The notes under the pieces were generated by a model. The model was not told the origin of the DNA and did not search any database. It saw nothing but the letters and a program-made list of their open reading frames with translations. Made by a program: the position numbers and the translations under genes. This document shows positions 25,806 to 39,658 of a stretch of 64,000 bases of DNA, in pieces. Source of the stretch: Cercozoa sp. M6MM (lineage: Eukaryota > Protista > Endomyxa: Ascetosporea); the NCBI GenBank assembly GCA_040357565.1, contig JBDODJ010000029.1. One strand, written 5' to 3'. Each line of letters starts with the position of its first letter. The first letter of the stretch is position 1.

Positions 25806-26808
25806 ATGCCGCACGAAGCAGACTTGGATGTGGTATCATCGTATACAGCACTTCGTTGATACTGCGCCACTCATTCTGTTGTGTTGGTGCCGTGCCGGTG
25901 CGGTGCCTCCTCCGTCTTCAGAGCAAGTTGCCGCAGTGGCGGCGTTTCTTGTCCAGGTGGCTTGATGCTCACTGGTGGCACACGACAGTTTTAGTTCTAC
26001 TTGGCATCGACGTTGCTTTCGTCGTGAGCGAAATCCTCCTCGGTAGGTCGAGACCCGACTGCTTGCACACCTTTGATTTTAATTTCTTGCCTGTCTTGCC
26101 TGTATAAAGTTAACGAACATCATCACCCGGCAGCGCACTATTTGCACATTGGTACCATTGTGTGTGCAAATGGCCGTCACAAAGAACCGGAACCGAGTAA
26201 AATTTCAGGAAGTCTGGCAATCTTGTTCATCTTTGCCGTCGAGTTGTTTCTGCTGCTTCTGTAAAGAACTCCACCCCTCACTCTCCCGATGCTTGTTTTT
26301 CTGATCGAAGATACGATCCACCCTGTAAACTTACTTGGTCCAGTCTGCGAGGCGTCTATTCCTTCTGCACTGACGGCGGTCTCGTTTTCGATGTATCGAT
26401 CCTGCATTACAGTTGGAGTTTCAAGTCAGTCAGACGAGTATGAAATCCATCTGAACTGTAGGTGGTCGTGGTGGGCTGTGCACTCGCACTGGAACTCTCA
26501 CCAGTCACCGATGCTGCGGTAACATATTTTTACCCTAGAGTGGTAGGGTAGCCTGCTTGCTGGTATGTGCGTGTGTTACTGTGCCTGCACAGGGCCTGGT
26601 TGTGCTGCTGCGACTGTGGCGTATCGTACGCATCGGGCACGGCGTGTGGCAGCAGGCACGCGCACAGGACGCCGCGAAGATCGCCAAGCTGCAGTCGGAA
26701 GTGGCCTCGTTGCGCGCTCGCCTGGCTGTCACTGGCAGTGTCGCGTCGCCTCCCGGGACCAGGGCAGAGGACACTGGTCCTACAGACACCAAGACACCCG
26801 GCACTTGA
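25806..26808 (+). CDS. HVCN1: Voltage-gated proton channel Hv1 (spliced)
   Basis: S1 LLGIDVAFVVSE (selectivity-filter Asp), S2 IFAVELFL, S3 LVFDVVVV and S4 LLRLWRIVRIGHG (RxWRxxR signature), followed by a coiled coil. No pore domain. Confidence 0.88.
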
Positions 26809-27011
26809 ACTGCCATTGAAAAGTGCTCACGGCTACACCGCAGTAAACTGAATAGAACTTCGGAGAACTTCGGAACGAAACATCAGCTCGCCTCTTCAGT
26901 AAATTTAGAAACGCTTCAGGAATCTGAATCGGAATCGTGGAAAGAACGTGACAACACCCCTCCCCCGTTCGATTTCACTGGTCAGATAGCTCATCTAGGG
27001 CCGACCTTGTG

Positions 27012-28666
27012 TCATTCAGTCGGGTTCTCTCGCACCAATTCGTTCGATTCTGTCGATTGATCCTTGTATGTCACAGCCTGAGACCTAGGAGTCTTTTCTT
27101 TGCAACGAACGTCGCGAAGAATCTCCATTGCTTTGGGTAGTCCATGAACGAAGACAAGGCATGCTGCTTCAAAGCGTGAAGCAAACGTCGGCAACGGCAT
27201 CTTCGAATTTTCATCGAATAACTCATTGCCCGTTCTCGCCACACCTAAATTTACAGAAAAGAAAACATGCCCAGAAGTATTCAAACTCTAAGTCTTAGCT
27301 CAGACTAGCTCCTATTTACACTCGATAAACTCTCTCCACTCCAATTCGCCGGCGGATTCCATGTCACTGCGAATCCACCTTATTCGTCCGAAATATCTTA
27401 CTCCCTGGATATATGCACGAAAGGACTCATACGGATCGGACGGATCTTGACTCATTCCGAACGGCATCATCTAAGTTTAGGAAAGACAACTGGTCAAAAG
27501 TCCAAAACTGCGGTTGCCGGGAACAACTTAAAATTTAAACATAAAACCCAGTAAAATTTAAACTTAAATATAACTTAAAATTGACAGTTTACCGCACGAC
27601 GATGGGAGAACTGGTTGCTGAGAATCTGCTTGTCGCGGAGCAGTACAGTGTAGTCTTTCCACGAAATGGTTGCTAATGGAGTCCGCTTTGTGCTCCGATC
27701 CAGCAGCGTGTAGTACACGAACTGCCAGTTTTCAAATCCACAATCGCAACAACAGACAGTGAAATCATTGCGCCAACGGGCAACCTTGAAGACAATAGTA
27801 CACATTTGTGGAGCCTTTTAGCATAGCGATGGAAAACCTGTTCGACAATTGGAAATGATGCTACAATTTTATAGTTCCGAGGTAAATTAGAGTTACGTTC
27901 TGCGCATCCTCCATCGTGAGTTGCTCTTTTGTGCTGTCAGCCATCATTTTTCCATGCTTTGGGTGTACTTCCATTCCATGAATGACCTACAAACAAGTTG
28001 GCCTCAAAAAAGCTCGATCCAAAACAACACTTTGAACTCACATGTTCTTCCATCAGTTTGGCCAATTTGGCTTCCGGTGTGATGTCAAGGTGCTCGTACT
28101 GCAAGTCACAAAGCTACACTTCGAAACTGCACGAATTAAATGTAGCAGTATAAACTTACCTTGATAAGGCAAAGACGAATGAGCGCCTCGAGGAATTCTG
28201 AGCGAGTGAACTTGTTGTCTGGGTTGTCTGGGTCGTCCCAGTCAATTTGTCGCACGTGTATCTCTCCGGTTTCCTTGTCTTCGATCTCGATGTACTTCTC
28301 TTCGACATTAGTCCGTTTGAAGACCTCATCAATTCTGTTTTGCGATAATGTTTTCAGGCCTTAAACTTACATAGAGTTCTTATATTTGAATATCTGGTAA
28401 TTTTTACCGTTGAGAAGTGAGGTGTGCATCTAAGTTTAAATTTCGAGACAATTTAACACAAAGCTACTTCTGTTATTGTATCGTGTGTGTATGTGTGTGT
28501 GTATGTGTGTGTGTATGTGTGTGTGTATGTGTGTGTGTNNNNNNNNNNNNNNNNNNNNNNNNNNNNNNNNNNNNNNNNNNNNNNNNNNNNNNNNNNNNNN
28601 NNNNNNNNNNNNNNNNNNNNNNNNNNNNNNNNNNNNNNGTGTGTGTATGTGTGTGTGTATGTGTGT

Positions 28667-28748
<82 letters not shown>

Positions 28749-30943
28749 TGAGACCTGTGATCCCGCAATCTTTGCAAAAATTGCCAAACGAGATCATCCC
28801 TACAGTCCTAGTTATCTGGAGCTCCAACCGTCAAAGGTGAGTCTGAACACATTCTTACCCATAAACTTGCAATCAGCCGACACGCCAGACGAAGAAAAAA
28901 ACTGCATTCAGCGGTACCTCAAGTGGTAATGACACTATAGAGATCTAGGCTGTTACCTGGAAGATCTTCGAAAGCTCGTAGACGTAGCTCGACAAAACAG
29001 TCTTCAGTGGCAACCTGTTCCTTTCCCCTAAGTTTACGGGTATTACGTCAACGAATTGTTGAGTTTCTTGCAGCAGGCAACACGATACCACGCACAACGT
29101 CAGCAAACTAAAGGGAATACGTGTCACGTGGCTTAGAGGGGTGTGAGGAATGATTAAAGCGACAAAGGAACAGAGTAGTTAAGTGAAGTAACCTGCATCT
29201 GTTCCCAATCGCGCTCTAACATCTCATCCAGTTGTTGCTGTGTTGGTATTCCGCACGGTTCTGCAAAAATAAAAACACACAATATCAAACAAGGACCCAC
29301 CATCAAAGTTAAACTTGCAAGCTGCAATTGATACCAAAGTCCCACGGTCGTTTCTGAGGAACAAGCGTTTCGTCTGTGATATGCTGGATGTCGGCGGTCT
29401 CAATCGTGAGCTGTTTGCGCTGTTCGCCCGTCTTACTCGGGATACTGCGCAGATATCGAAACATCGGATATGTTTCGGTTAGGCTTTTCGCTTTAAAAAA
29501 ACCCTAGTAATTTAAACTACCTGCATTGAAATGGAGGAGGCACCACGACTAAGCGATGGTACTCGCTCCCAGTCGAATCAGTTACCACAAGCTAAGAGAG
29601 AAAAAATAAATGTAAACTTAGTTAAAGCAAAATTTACCCCCCCCCCCCCGGGAGCGGAATTTACTCATCGCTAATCAATCTAAATAAAAGGTAGTGTTTA
29701 GTAGGAGCATTTACATAATCGTCACTCATATAGCGAGAGCCATTGACGAGGAAGACGAAAAGCAGTTCAGAGTATATTGGCATATACACCTCTGATAAAA
29801 AAAGTAGTTATGCAAAAGCGGAGTTAGCTTCAGATAAAAGAAAGATAGTACTACCTGCAAAAAATCGCTCAAAATGTTCTGTTTCTGCGCGACCCGAACC
29901 AAGGTTTTCTGTTTCACTTCCTACCCCAGATTCTTCCTCTTGCTCTTCGTGTGTCTGCTCGTCCAGAATCTTTTCGATGCGAGTCATTTTGATTGAGCGT
30001 TGCCAAGCGTTGAAGTTGCCAGCGAGGCGTACCTTCAGGGTCGAAAGAGGAGTGAAGGAGTGTAAATTTAAAGGCACGAACCCACCTCCAACTCCTTTGA
30101 AGTGGTGAAGGTATTCGAAGGCAATGAGAGCTTGATCATCACTTTGACGTTGTGCTCTGCACTGTTTATCACAAAATCCGCACAGATTTGTTTACCTCCG
30201 TACCCCCATATTCCCCTCCCTTTACCCCCTTACCCTTCCCCCATACCCTTCCCCTCGTTCTCCACCCTCAGGTTGCTTCGCACGCTCTCTTTTCCACGTA
30301 TAGATTGTTCGGCAAAAATACCTGCAATAGGCAAATCGTTCAAACAGCGTCGTAGGCCGCGATACGAAATCCTTGGACTGTCGCAAATCAACGATCAGAC
30401 CTTCATCTACATGCTCAGTTGCGGGAATAACCAAAATGGTCGGAACAGCAATCTTGCATCTGCGAAGTATCAGTTTATTTACCCAAAAGGCCCCGAGGAA
30501 ATGAGTTGATTTTGGACCACGGCAGCAAAACTGAAGCATTGCTCCGGAAGCGCACCTCCCGTGGAGTGAACTTGCTCCAATTGTGCTGGTGATAATCGGC
30601 GTACTTGTCGCGAACATCTAAGTTCACACATAAACTGAACTGGCAAGCGGAGGTGGTAAAGGGGTAAGGAGATATAAGGGGGCGACAGGTAAGGGGTATA
30701 GTGGGTGTCAGGGTCTAGGGGTAGGGGATTGAAGAGGGTAAGGGGTAAAGTGGGCATCGCGTAAAGGGGTAAATCGACGTAAACTGTACAGTTTGCCAGC
30801 CAAAGGACATTTTGTCCCCCTTTTCCGCAGAATACTTCGAAGCTGCACTCACGGCAAGCTATTTGAAGTCGATATTCGCCCGAAAGAAGCGAAGTAGATG
30901 ACTGCTCAGTGTCGTGCCCTGGTACCAAGAGTGTATCTGGCAT
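27012..30943 (-). CDS. Multidomain protein with CBM48/AMPK-beta-like carbohydrate-binding module and EF-hand-like region (many introns)
   Basis: N-terminal FEVFCGKGGQNVLWLAN; VRLAGNFNAWQRSIKMTR...LFVFLVNGSRYMSDDYLVVTDSTGSEYHRLVV (CBM48-like); IDEVFKRTN...DNPDNKFTRSEFLEALIRL (EF-hand-like). Not every junction was traced. Confidence 0.6.
28482..28746 (+). repeat. (GT)n/(GTAT) microsatellite spanning an assembly gap
   Basis: Directly visible; N run at 28539-28638. Confidence 0.95.
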
Positions 30944-31169
30944 GGCCTTTGTCTCTCATTGTGGTTCTCACTCACAGTTATGGCAGATTATTGGTCTGGC
31001 TGTCCGCGCGGATAGCAGAGCACCAGTTCTTCCTTTCGGCGTTTCCACCCAAAAACTTGGGTCTACACTCCGCACTGAGAACGGTCCGGAAAATCGGTGG
31101 TTTTGGTTTCAGGACCAGCGTTGTTTAATTTAGTTTTCAGCTCTAGCAGGTACAATAAAAAATGGCGTG

Positions 31170-32622
31170 CTACTGTTCATACATTAGTTGTATTGTTGTC
31201 CGGTATACAGCAGGTTCAGACAACTCATCCACCGTCTCGTTGCCTGGAAGGAGAAACGAATGAAAGAGAAAAAGCTGGAAGAAACGAACTGAACTGCCAG
31301 CCAGCAAGCGGAAATGTCACAGTAAGTTGAAATACCCGCTGAATAAATGATTAATACAGAAAACACAGAGGCTTGATTTAGTACCGTATATACAAGAGGC
31401 AACATGTGAGATAAGCTCCGGTAGAAGCGGTGTATTTCTGCTAGTTTGCCACAATCATCAGTCATCGTCTGTATCGGGGTAAGAAAGATATATGTTTACA
31501 TCAACCCGCGGATGTAGGCGTGCAGCGGCAACAAGTCGAGCGTCGGCAGATTCACAGAGGCGCAGTGCACCTTATCGGCCGGAGCGCCGCACAACAGCAG
31601 CTCGGCATACGTATCGGGCATCACTCGTATTGGTTCAGAAAACCTGCTTCATCGCATAAAACGTCGAAACTTGGTAAATACAATATTCAGATGCGCGAAA
31701 GCTACACAAGGTCGATGTCAAAGGTGTGAAACAAGTCGAAGAACACGCTGCGGATTGTGCTGCGGCCTGCGTGCATATGCCGCAGCGCGTTTGCGATCTT
31801 TAAAATAATCCAGTCCGATGCCAGGAGAGACAAACGTATTAATTAAAATGTACGCACATATAATTCGCAGGGACGCTTCTCGAGTTGCAACAACCGTATT
31901 ACTCGCAAACCTGCCGTACTAGCAAATCAAATGTCAGCATGAACTGAAGGCTGGAACCTTTCTAAAAACTGAACACAGAACGAATAAATTACAGAGTGTG
32001 CAGTGTGGCAGATATGGCGACGACAAGGCAGTGTATACGTGTCTTGCCAGCTCTTTGATGTCATAGTGCACCTGTTCATGGTGATGCTGCAACCGCTGCT
32101 GCCACTGGAACACCAAGGTGCGTTGGATGTCTTGCGCTACACACAGCCGAAACTGACCGTTCTAATTCAGAGTCTGTGCCATATACGAACACACCCCAAC
32201 CGTAACGGTGGTACGTCACCGCAATCTCAAAGTTTGGCCTGTTTAATTTCAGATCGCATTTAAGCACAGTAAAAGAAAGTAGTCGTGCTGTAGGAGTAGC
32301 TTCAAGTAACTGTACCGAAACACCGCTTCCGCACGCAATAACACACGAACAGCGCACCATTTCTGTCGTTTGAGCGCAATCTGAAGTCGCAACAGGGTGG
32401 GCTCACGCGGTTAAATTCACCTTACGAAGTCGATGTAATATTGAATGTCCAGTACATCAGCAGCATCGTTTACGTCGTCGGAATGACACAGCGGAATCAA
32501 CTTCATTAGTGTCTGACAGCTGCACAGCAAGCTCAACAATGACCACAGACCCTAGTACATCTGTGCGCGACCACTGTGTGTATGTGTGTATGTGTGTGTG
32601 TGCGTGTGTGTGTGTGGTGTGT

Positions 32623-32684
<62 letters not shown>

Positions 32685-33005
32685 CTGTTCGCTTCGGCGG
32701 CACCGAGCAGAGAGCTTCGGAACAGTGCGTCATCGCTTCCGCAGTAGCTGTGAGTTGCAGTGAAGCAACTTACGCAATATACTTGAGCCAATACAACAGG
32801 TGTGTACGCAATAGCCAGTGCGTGCATGTCTCTCTGGCCGAGTCTGCGTGCCACGGCAGTTATCAGACGGTGCGGTAGTCGTAAGAGAGTGTCCCATTCT
32901 CGCTACGCACAAGAACGTCTCCCGAGGACACAGACTGCAGTGAGTAAAAACCTTTATTTGAACGACGCTGCCGAAGCGTACAGATGGTGGGATGTCCACA
33001 GACAT
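31170..33005 (-). CDS. Hypothetical protein (spliced; boundaries approximate)
   Basis: Exon-like blocks flanked by GT/AG, e.g. FSEPIRVMPDTYAELLLCGAPADKVHCASVNLPTLDLLPLHAYIRGL, and a terminal ...RTTIQLMYEQ*. Confidence 0.45.
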
Positions 33006-33378
33006 CTGGATGCACAAAATAAAAATCTTGCTTATTTAGTCATGCCTTCTTAAATGGTACCTTAAACTGAAACTTCCACTAGAAAAGAAAACTATTCAAG
33101 CAGATTAACCATCTAGGAATGACCGAGAATCAAAACTCAAATGCACAGTAGCCACAAAGATCTTCCTGATTTTTGTGAGAAGCTGGAATCGCTTGAGAGC
33201 TCTCAGTGTGTCCGTAGAGTTCGCATATTAGAATAACAACACGAGATGCTGGCTACTTTCTTGCAGAACGCGGTAAATTTCTTTCTGTTGTGGCCTTGGT
33301 GGCAGTAACTTGCTTTCACATGGGGCTGGACAGCTGCGTCCGGAGCGATCGGACGGTGCCGAGGGCGCGATCGGTGCC

Positions 33379-33927
33379 ATGATGCAGTGGTACAAGGCAA
33401 CGGCCACCCCAGAGGTTTGTTTTAGTTTCCTCTTGATATACGTTGTGTACAATCGGCATTCACTCAGTCGACGTCGGACCTGCGTCGCATCAGCAAGTCG
33501 CGCGTCAGCTTCCGTCGCACCTTCCCGGACGAGAACGAGGAAGAGGCTGCTCCTGAGTACTCTTGTTGTTACTTAGTATGCAGAGTCATTGCAGCACACG
33601 GCCTGATATTACATGACACCATTTCTGTTGCGTGCGCAGGAAGGTCTCTCGTGTGGCTGCCCGTCTGAAGGCGCTCCCGGAGATCCTGTGTACCACTGAC
33701 TCGATTGTCTTGTGGACTGCACTCACTGACCGTATATCTTGGTATTCGTGGACAGACGCGCCGTCGCTTCGTACTGTCGGCGACTCCAACGGGTATGCCA
33801 TGACCCTGCCCCCTCCAGCATGTGTCTTGTGTATACTGTGTTCCCTCTGGGCAGTGCCGCCATTCTGGCCGCTGCTTCGCTCATCCACGTCAAGAAGGAG
33901 GGTGCAAATTTGTCTCGATGCGCGTGT

Positions 33928-33979
<52 letters not shown>

Positions 33980-34997
33980 NNNNNNNNNNNNNNNNNNNNN
34001 NNNNNNNNNNNNNNNNNNNNNNNNNNNNNNNNNNNNNNNNNNNNNNNNNNNNNNNNNNNNNNNNNNNNNNNNNNNNNNNGTCGCAGGGTCACTGTGGACA
34101 ACGAGATCGAGCATCCGCTGGTGCATGTCGCGTCGACTGACATGCAGGCGCAACTGCTGTCTGTCTTCACGGTACACTCCTCTCTACTCCTACCCCTACT
34201 CCTACCCCTACCCCTACCCCTACCCCTACCCCTACCCCTACCCCTACAGGGGCCCTACTCCTACCCCTACACCTACCCCCTACCCGCCCTGTCCTACCTT
34301 ATTGCGATCAAAGTTCGGCGAGGACGTGGCGGTCGAGGTGGCCGAGCAAGTCGCTGTTGCTGTACCTTGCGATGTGTCATACACCTCCCCTTCCATGTGT
34401 ATCGCACCTTGCCAATAGGTGCCGGGCAAGGCTCCTCTGGAACTGCTGCGACAACTGAGTTTCGTCGTGGCCGAGTTGGCACGTCTCACGGCCGTCGCTG
34501 CCGCCGAGCAGTCGCCCCTCGTTGCCGAACAGCTCGAGCAGCAGGAGGACGAGACCACTGAGGAAGAGGACAGCGCTGAGGTAGCTTCCTTCTACCTGCT
34601 ACTACCTTGTCCGTTATCCCCGCTCTGGAGAATCCCAAGGCCTTCTCCGAGGAGCAGCTGCGCACGCGTGTCGACCTCATGTACCGCGCTCTGCTGTCAC
34701 GCACGGCCATGTACGCTACCCTCTCTCTCTGCATTGAACATGTATATTATATATATATATATATATATCTATGTATATCTATGTATATGTATGTGTGTAT
34801 AGGATGTTTGATGCTCCCGACCTGGACAAGGCCTCGCTGACTGAGCTGCTTGAGAAGGTACAATACACCCTACCCCCCCCCCCCCGGGTGTGTTATTTAT
34901 CACGTGTGTCCCACCAGTTCCGCACCAAGATCGAAGGCGCCTCGGTGCCGCAGGTTAAAGCAGCCATGCAGGACATTGCGCAGCGCATGTACACTGC

Positions 34998-35042
<45 letters not shown>
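33379..35042 (+). CDS. Hypothetical helical protein (spliced; 3' end probably lost in gap)
   Basis: GC-rich exons with GT-AG ends, e.g. APLELLRQLSFVVAELARL, FSEEQLRTRVDLMYRALL and FRTKIEGASVPQVKAAMQDIAQR. Confidence 0.55.
34189..34286 (+). repeat. (CCCCTA)n telomere-like intronic array
   Basis: About 7 perfect consecutive cccta/ccccta units flanked by degenerate copies. Confidence 0.9.
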
Positions 35043-35142
35043 NNNNNNNNNNNNNNNNNNNNNNNNNNNNNNNNNNNNNNNNNNNNNNNNNNNNNNNNNN
35101 NNNNNNNNNNNNNNNNNNNNNNNNNNNNNNNNNNNNNNNNNN

Positions 35143-37251
35143 GAAGGGAGCAAGGTATGGTGAGGACAGACTACCTCGCTGATGGTGCTTGGGTCGGCGG
35201 CGGCGTCTCTCCGGCGTCGCCGTGGCCGCGCTGTCGTCGACAACACTGGCAGTGGTCTCGTCGGCCAGATTGGGCGGCGTCAGCAGCTGCACGTCCATCT
35301 GCCGCGAGATCACCCAGGCATGCATCATCAGCGCCAACAGCAGCACTGCACTCGGGGGGAGGGGGTAAACGGAACGAAACAACGGGAAGAGGGTAACACG
35401 ACGCACCAACCTGCAGGCATGCCGACACTGAGAGCCAGATCAGCAAGGTGTCCTTGTCCAGCACGGCTGTTCCGTCGTTGGTATCGTCCGTACTGCTCGG
35501 AAACAGCACCAGCGGTTGCTTCACCGAGCTGGAGATGAACGGGGCAGTAAATAGGAGTCAACAGCAAGGCAAAGGGTTCAATAGATAGGAGGGTGGTACA
35601 TAAGCACAAATGCGCCAAACAGGTCAACAAAGACGCCGAGTGTGACAGCAACGATGGCTGCGACCAAGCCAGCCATGGCATCCAGCGCGGCAGGCTGACG
35701 TTGCCACAGCAGCGACCGCAGCGACCGCACTCGCGAGCTCTCTGCAAATAGACTCCTCTATAGACTCCTCTATTATCTTACCACCCTCCTCAGCCCACCC
35801 TCTGTCACCCCTCTGATACTACCCCCAGTACCAGCCTGTAGGGCAGTCTCACGGCGTGCAACTTTATCCAGCCACTGCCGAAGGTTTCGCTCTGCCTGCG
35901 CCTCTGAGGCATCGCCAACGCCCACGAGACTCGCGCCGCCTAACGACGCCGCCGACGATGGCGTTGCCGACTCGGTCTGCAACAAAAGGGGAGGGGTCGT
36001 TTTAAGCTGAAACACGAGATACAGAGGGATAGAGTACCCAAACAGTCGCACCGGCCACCCCGCTGCGACTGGTGTCGATCTAGCGAACATAAAGTGTAAG
36101 GGGGGGGGGGTAACAGCAATAAGATGGCGGGGTACAGAAGGATTGCCGATCTTGCGCTTGAGAGTGTCGAGACGCGACGGTGCTTGAAAGTTCGCCAGCA
36201 ACGGTTGTTGTTGTTTCTGCTGTAGTTGTGCCAGCTGTAGTTGTTGTTGTAGCTGTTGTTGTTGCTGCTGTTGTTGTTGTAGCTGCTGCTGTTGTTGTTG
36301 TTGTTGTTGTAGCTGCTGCTGCTGTTGTTGTTGTTGTTGCGGAAGTACTTGTTTCGGTAGTACTTGTTGTTGCTGTTGCTGTTGCTGTTGCGCAAGAAGG
36401 TAGTGTTGCTGTTGGTGGTGGTGGTGGAGCTGGTGCTGTTGTGCGAAATGCTCCTGCTGCTGTTGTTGTTGCTGCTGAGCTAATTTATTCTCCACCGTCA
36501 ACAGACGCTGGTACAGTAGTTCTTGCACCTGCCATTCAGGGCGGGGGGGGGAGGGTAACAGCCATATTGGATTGGTATAGAGCCAACGTACCGCACGATC
36601 CTCGCGCGTCGGTTTTAACACCTTTCGAAGGTCATCAAGCAGTCGGTTCAGCTGGTCGCGTTGTTCTCTAACTCGAGCGGAAGAGAGGATAACAGGCAAA
36701 AGGTAAGGGTAAGAGTGTTTACAAAGAGAGGCGGTAAAAGAGTAAAGTGAAAGTGTATACCGCAGCAGGCGCGGGATCTGCACTTGCTGCGTCATGATCA
36801 ACAGGTGCTGCGCGGCACCAGAGTTCTGCAGCACGCAGCAAACGTCACAGTTGACTGACTCACATCACACCGCTATAGCGCAAAACAGGGCGTACACTGC
36901 TGACTTGACCTGCCGTTATCAAATCGCTCTTCTGCTGCTTCAGCAACGCCGAGGCCTGCAACCGGGAAGGTGACAAGAAGAGACAACCCAGAGAGTCAGA
37001 CGGCACCTCGTTAATCGAGAGTGGCCGGGTTCCTCGCCTCCGCGCCAGTCCGCGCGGTCCACGGCCGAGCGAACTATCTGCAGGCAGGAAAGCAAGGAGA
37101 GTAATCAGGTTCTAACGTAATAACGGAAGAGAGACGTACCAAAGTGACTGTCAAAGGCGCTGCTGCCGTGGTGGTTAAAACCGAGACTGGCACCGGCGCC
37201 GTTCTCGTCGATTTCGCTGCCGCTGAGCACGCGCGTGAACGACTGCCGCAT
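35143..37251 (-). CDS. Hypothetical polyglutamine/coiled-coil protein with a probable C-terminal TM segment (3' end runs into gap)
   Basis: MRQSFTRVLSG...VREQRDQLNRLLDDLRK..., a CAA/CAG polyQ tract (~36200-36480), then LIWLSVSACL|LLLALMMHAWVISRQ. Confidence 0.55.
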
Positions 37252-37789
37252 GTCCTGCCATCAGAGTCATTCACAAATGTCCCAAGTCAATGCACTAGCT
37301 TTCGTGTTTGTGTGGGAGATGGTACCATGACAGAGCCAAGGTGCCGCCTCACAACGAATGCATTGTGTCGGTCTGTTACATTATGCAAAAATCAGACCGC
37401 CGCTCCAGCAGATGCGACAAAAAAAGTTACCAGCCGTCAACGAAGGTTCGGTGTCGTGCAAAATACTCTCCACTGCACAAATTTACTCAGTCGCACGGGA
37501 AGCGCACATACAAAAGAAGCTGGACCTGCAGTGCCAATCACGCTGTGCGAGTGCGACGCAGACTGCGACGTCGAGTATGATGACTCTTCGTCCGATGTAT
37601 CTGTACGACATACCATCACGGACACAATGGCATGGCAACAGGGGAGTGGAGAAAAAGATACAGTCGCTGTCGTCGAACATATATAATTCTCTGCTAAAAA
37701 CGTGCTGGAGCGACAGAGCTATTGATGCTGACGGCGCTGCGTGAGCTTTTTGGGCCCTGTAGAGGTGCTAAGGGCCCGTGCTGGCGTCA

Positions 37790-38098
37790 CTAGGTCGTTT
37801 GCCAGTCTGGAGAGTCGTGATACTGACTGATTGCTTGCACAATGGAACCATCAGGTAGGTCAGTAGCGATCAGTTCTTGCATTTTTGTACCGTCCAAATG
37901 AACCAGATCGGCGAGATAGAGATCATGTTTCCTCCACGTGTCAAATAGGCGCAGATCGCTCTTTTCGCTCGGCGGGAGGCGTGTATTAGAGACCAAGAAA
38001 CTAGGTAGGGTATGCGCCCAAGGCTTTGCGCTGCGTGTTGTTTTTCGTGTTGTGGTTTCCTCGGCTTGCATGTTTTTGCATGCTTCTTTTGTCTGCAT
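37790..38098 (-). CDS. Possible small intronless hypothetical protein
   Basis: 102-aa ORF with globular-looking composition (WRKHDLYLADLVHLDG); no homology recognised. Confidence 0.25.
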   Translation of the reverse strand: MQTKEACKNMQAEETTTRKTTRSAKPWAHTLPSFLVSNTRLPPSEKSDLRLFDTWRKHDLYLADLVHLDGTKMQELIATDLPDGSIVQAISQYHDSPDWQTT

Positions 38099-38393
38099 GT
38101 GTGCTTTTGTTCGGTTGTTGCTTTTGGTTTTTTGCTAAGCTTTTCATAATGGCTCGTGTTGGCGAGTTCCCATTCCCATGACGCTGATCGATGAAAAAAC
38201 GCCGAGTGCCGGTCGGCGACGTTTGTTCCGTGCAACCCCGATCGGGATCAAGGACGGGGCTATGTTTTTACCGCTTGTTTCAACCGCACTTAATCTGTGT
38301 TTGCCTGTGTGTATTTGTGTGTGAACTGTGTGGACTACATTGGTCGCTGTTTGGCGTGATTCGTTCGCGTGTTGGTTTTAGCCACAAACGGCG

Positions 38394-39625
38394 ATGAGTG
38401 ACTACAGCATGCCCGAAGGCATTGTGCCGATCGACCTGGCTCAGTTCCTCGCCACGGGCGACGATGCCGCTGCCTGCCAGGCCAGTACTTTGGTCTTTGC
38501 TCGTCCCTCTTGTGAAGACGCTTGTGGCGTTTGGTAGTCTCGGAGGGTCTGCACAAGTACGGCATCCTGCTGCTCAAGGACCCGTACACTTTCTTTAAAG
38601 GGATTGCGTGTGTGAAAGAGCATGTGGAGTGCTTATGGGTGTGTTTGTGACAGGCGTGTCTCGGAGGACGAGAACCAGGAGTTCCTGGACATGATGGAGG
38701 ACTACTACGCACAGCCCACCGAGGCCAAGATGCACGACGTGCACCCCGAGTTGCACTACCAGGTACTCTCTCTGTCTCCTTCCCTGGATGTGTGTGTATG
38801 TGTGTTTGTACAGGTGGGTGCCACTCCGGAGAACACGGAGAAGGCGCGCAACCACTGCCAGATGGTCGAGAGCGACATCAGCGACGACAACAAGCCGACC
38901 ACGCTGTGTCCGCCGTAGCTGCCCTTTTACCGTCCGCCAGAACATGTGCATATATGCATGTGTACACAGGGGCGTCGACCCGAAGTGGCGTTTCTTCTGG
39001 CGCGCCGGCGAGCGCTCCGAGTCGAGCGATGACGCCGAGTACGCCGACCTCAACTCGGAGCAGGTCGTGCCAGCCGAGTTCCCGCAGTGGCGCCGTGTCA
39101 TGGACAACTGGTAATTTACCCCCCCCCCCCCCCCGAACCCCCCCCCACCCACACACACACACATGCGCCCCCGCCCCCAGACCCCTAGCTCCCCCACCCC
39201 TCTCCCCCCCCCCCCCCCCACCTGTAGGGGCGGCAAGATGATGGGCTGCGTGCGCACTGTGGCCGAGATGTTTGCCGTGCATCACGGCATGCCGAAGGAC
39301 ACCTTCACCGAGCTCATGAAGGACGCGCCGCATCTGGTGCGCTCTTACACTACCCTACTACCCCTCGCCTCCCCCCGCCCACCGTATAATGTCTATGTTT
39401 GACAGCTGGCACCAACGGGCTCGGACCTCAACAAGTACTCGGAGCAAGGCACGGTGTTCGCGTCCTTCCACTACGACCTCAACTTCATGACGATCCACGG
39501 CAAGTCGCGCTACCCGGGTCTCTTTGCCTGGCTGCGCGACGGCCGCAAGTTCAAGGTCTCCGTGCCTGACGGTACCTTTCATGCACTCTATGCGTGCATC
39601 TTTATTATACATGTGTCTATATACC

Positions 39626-39658
<33 letters not shown>

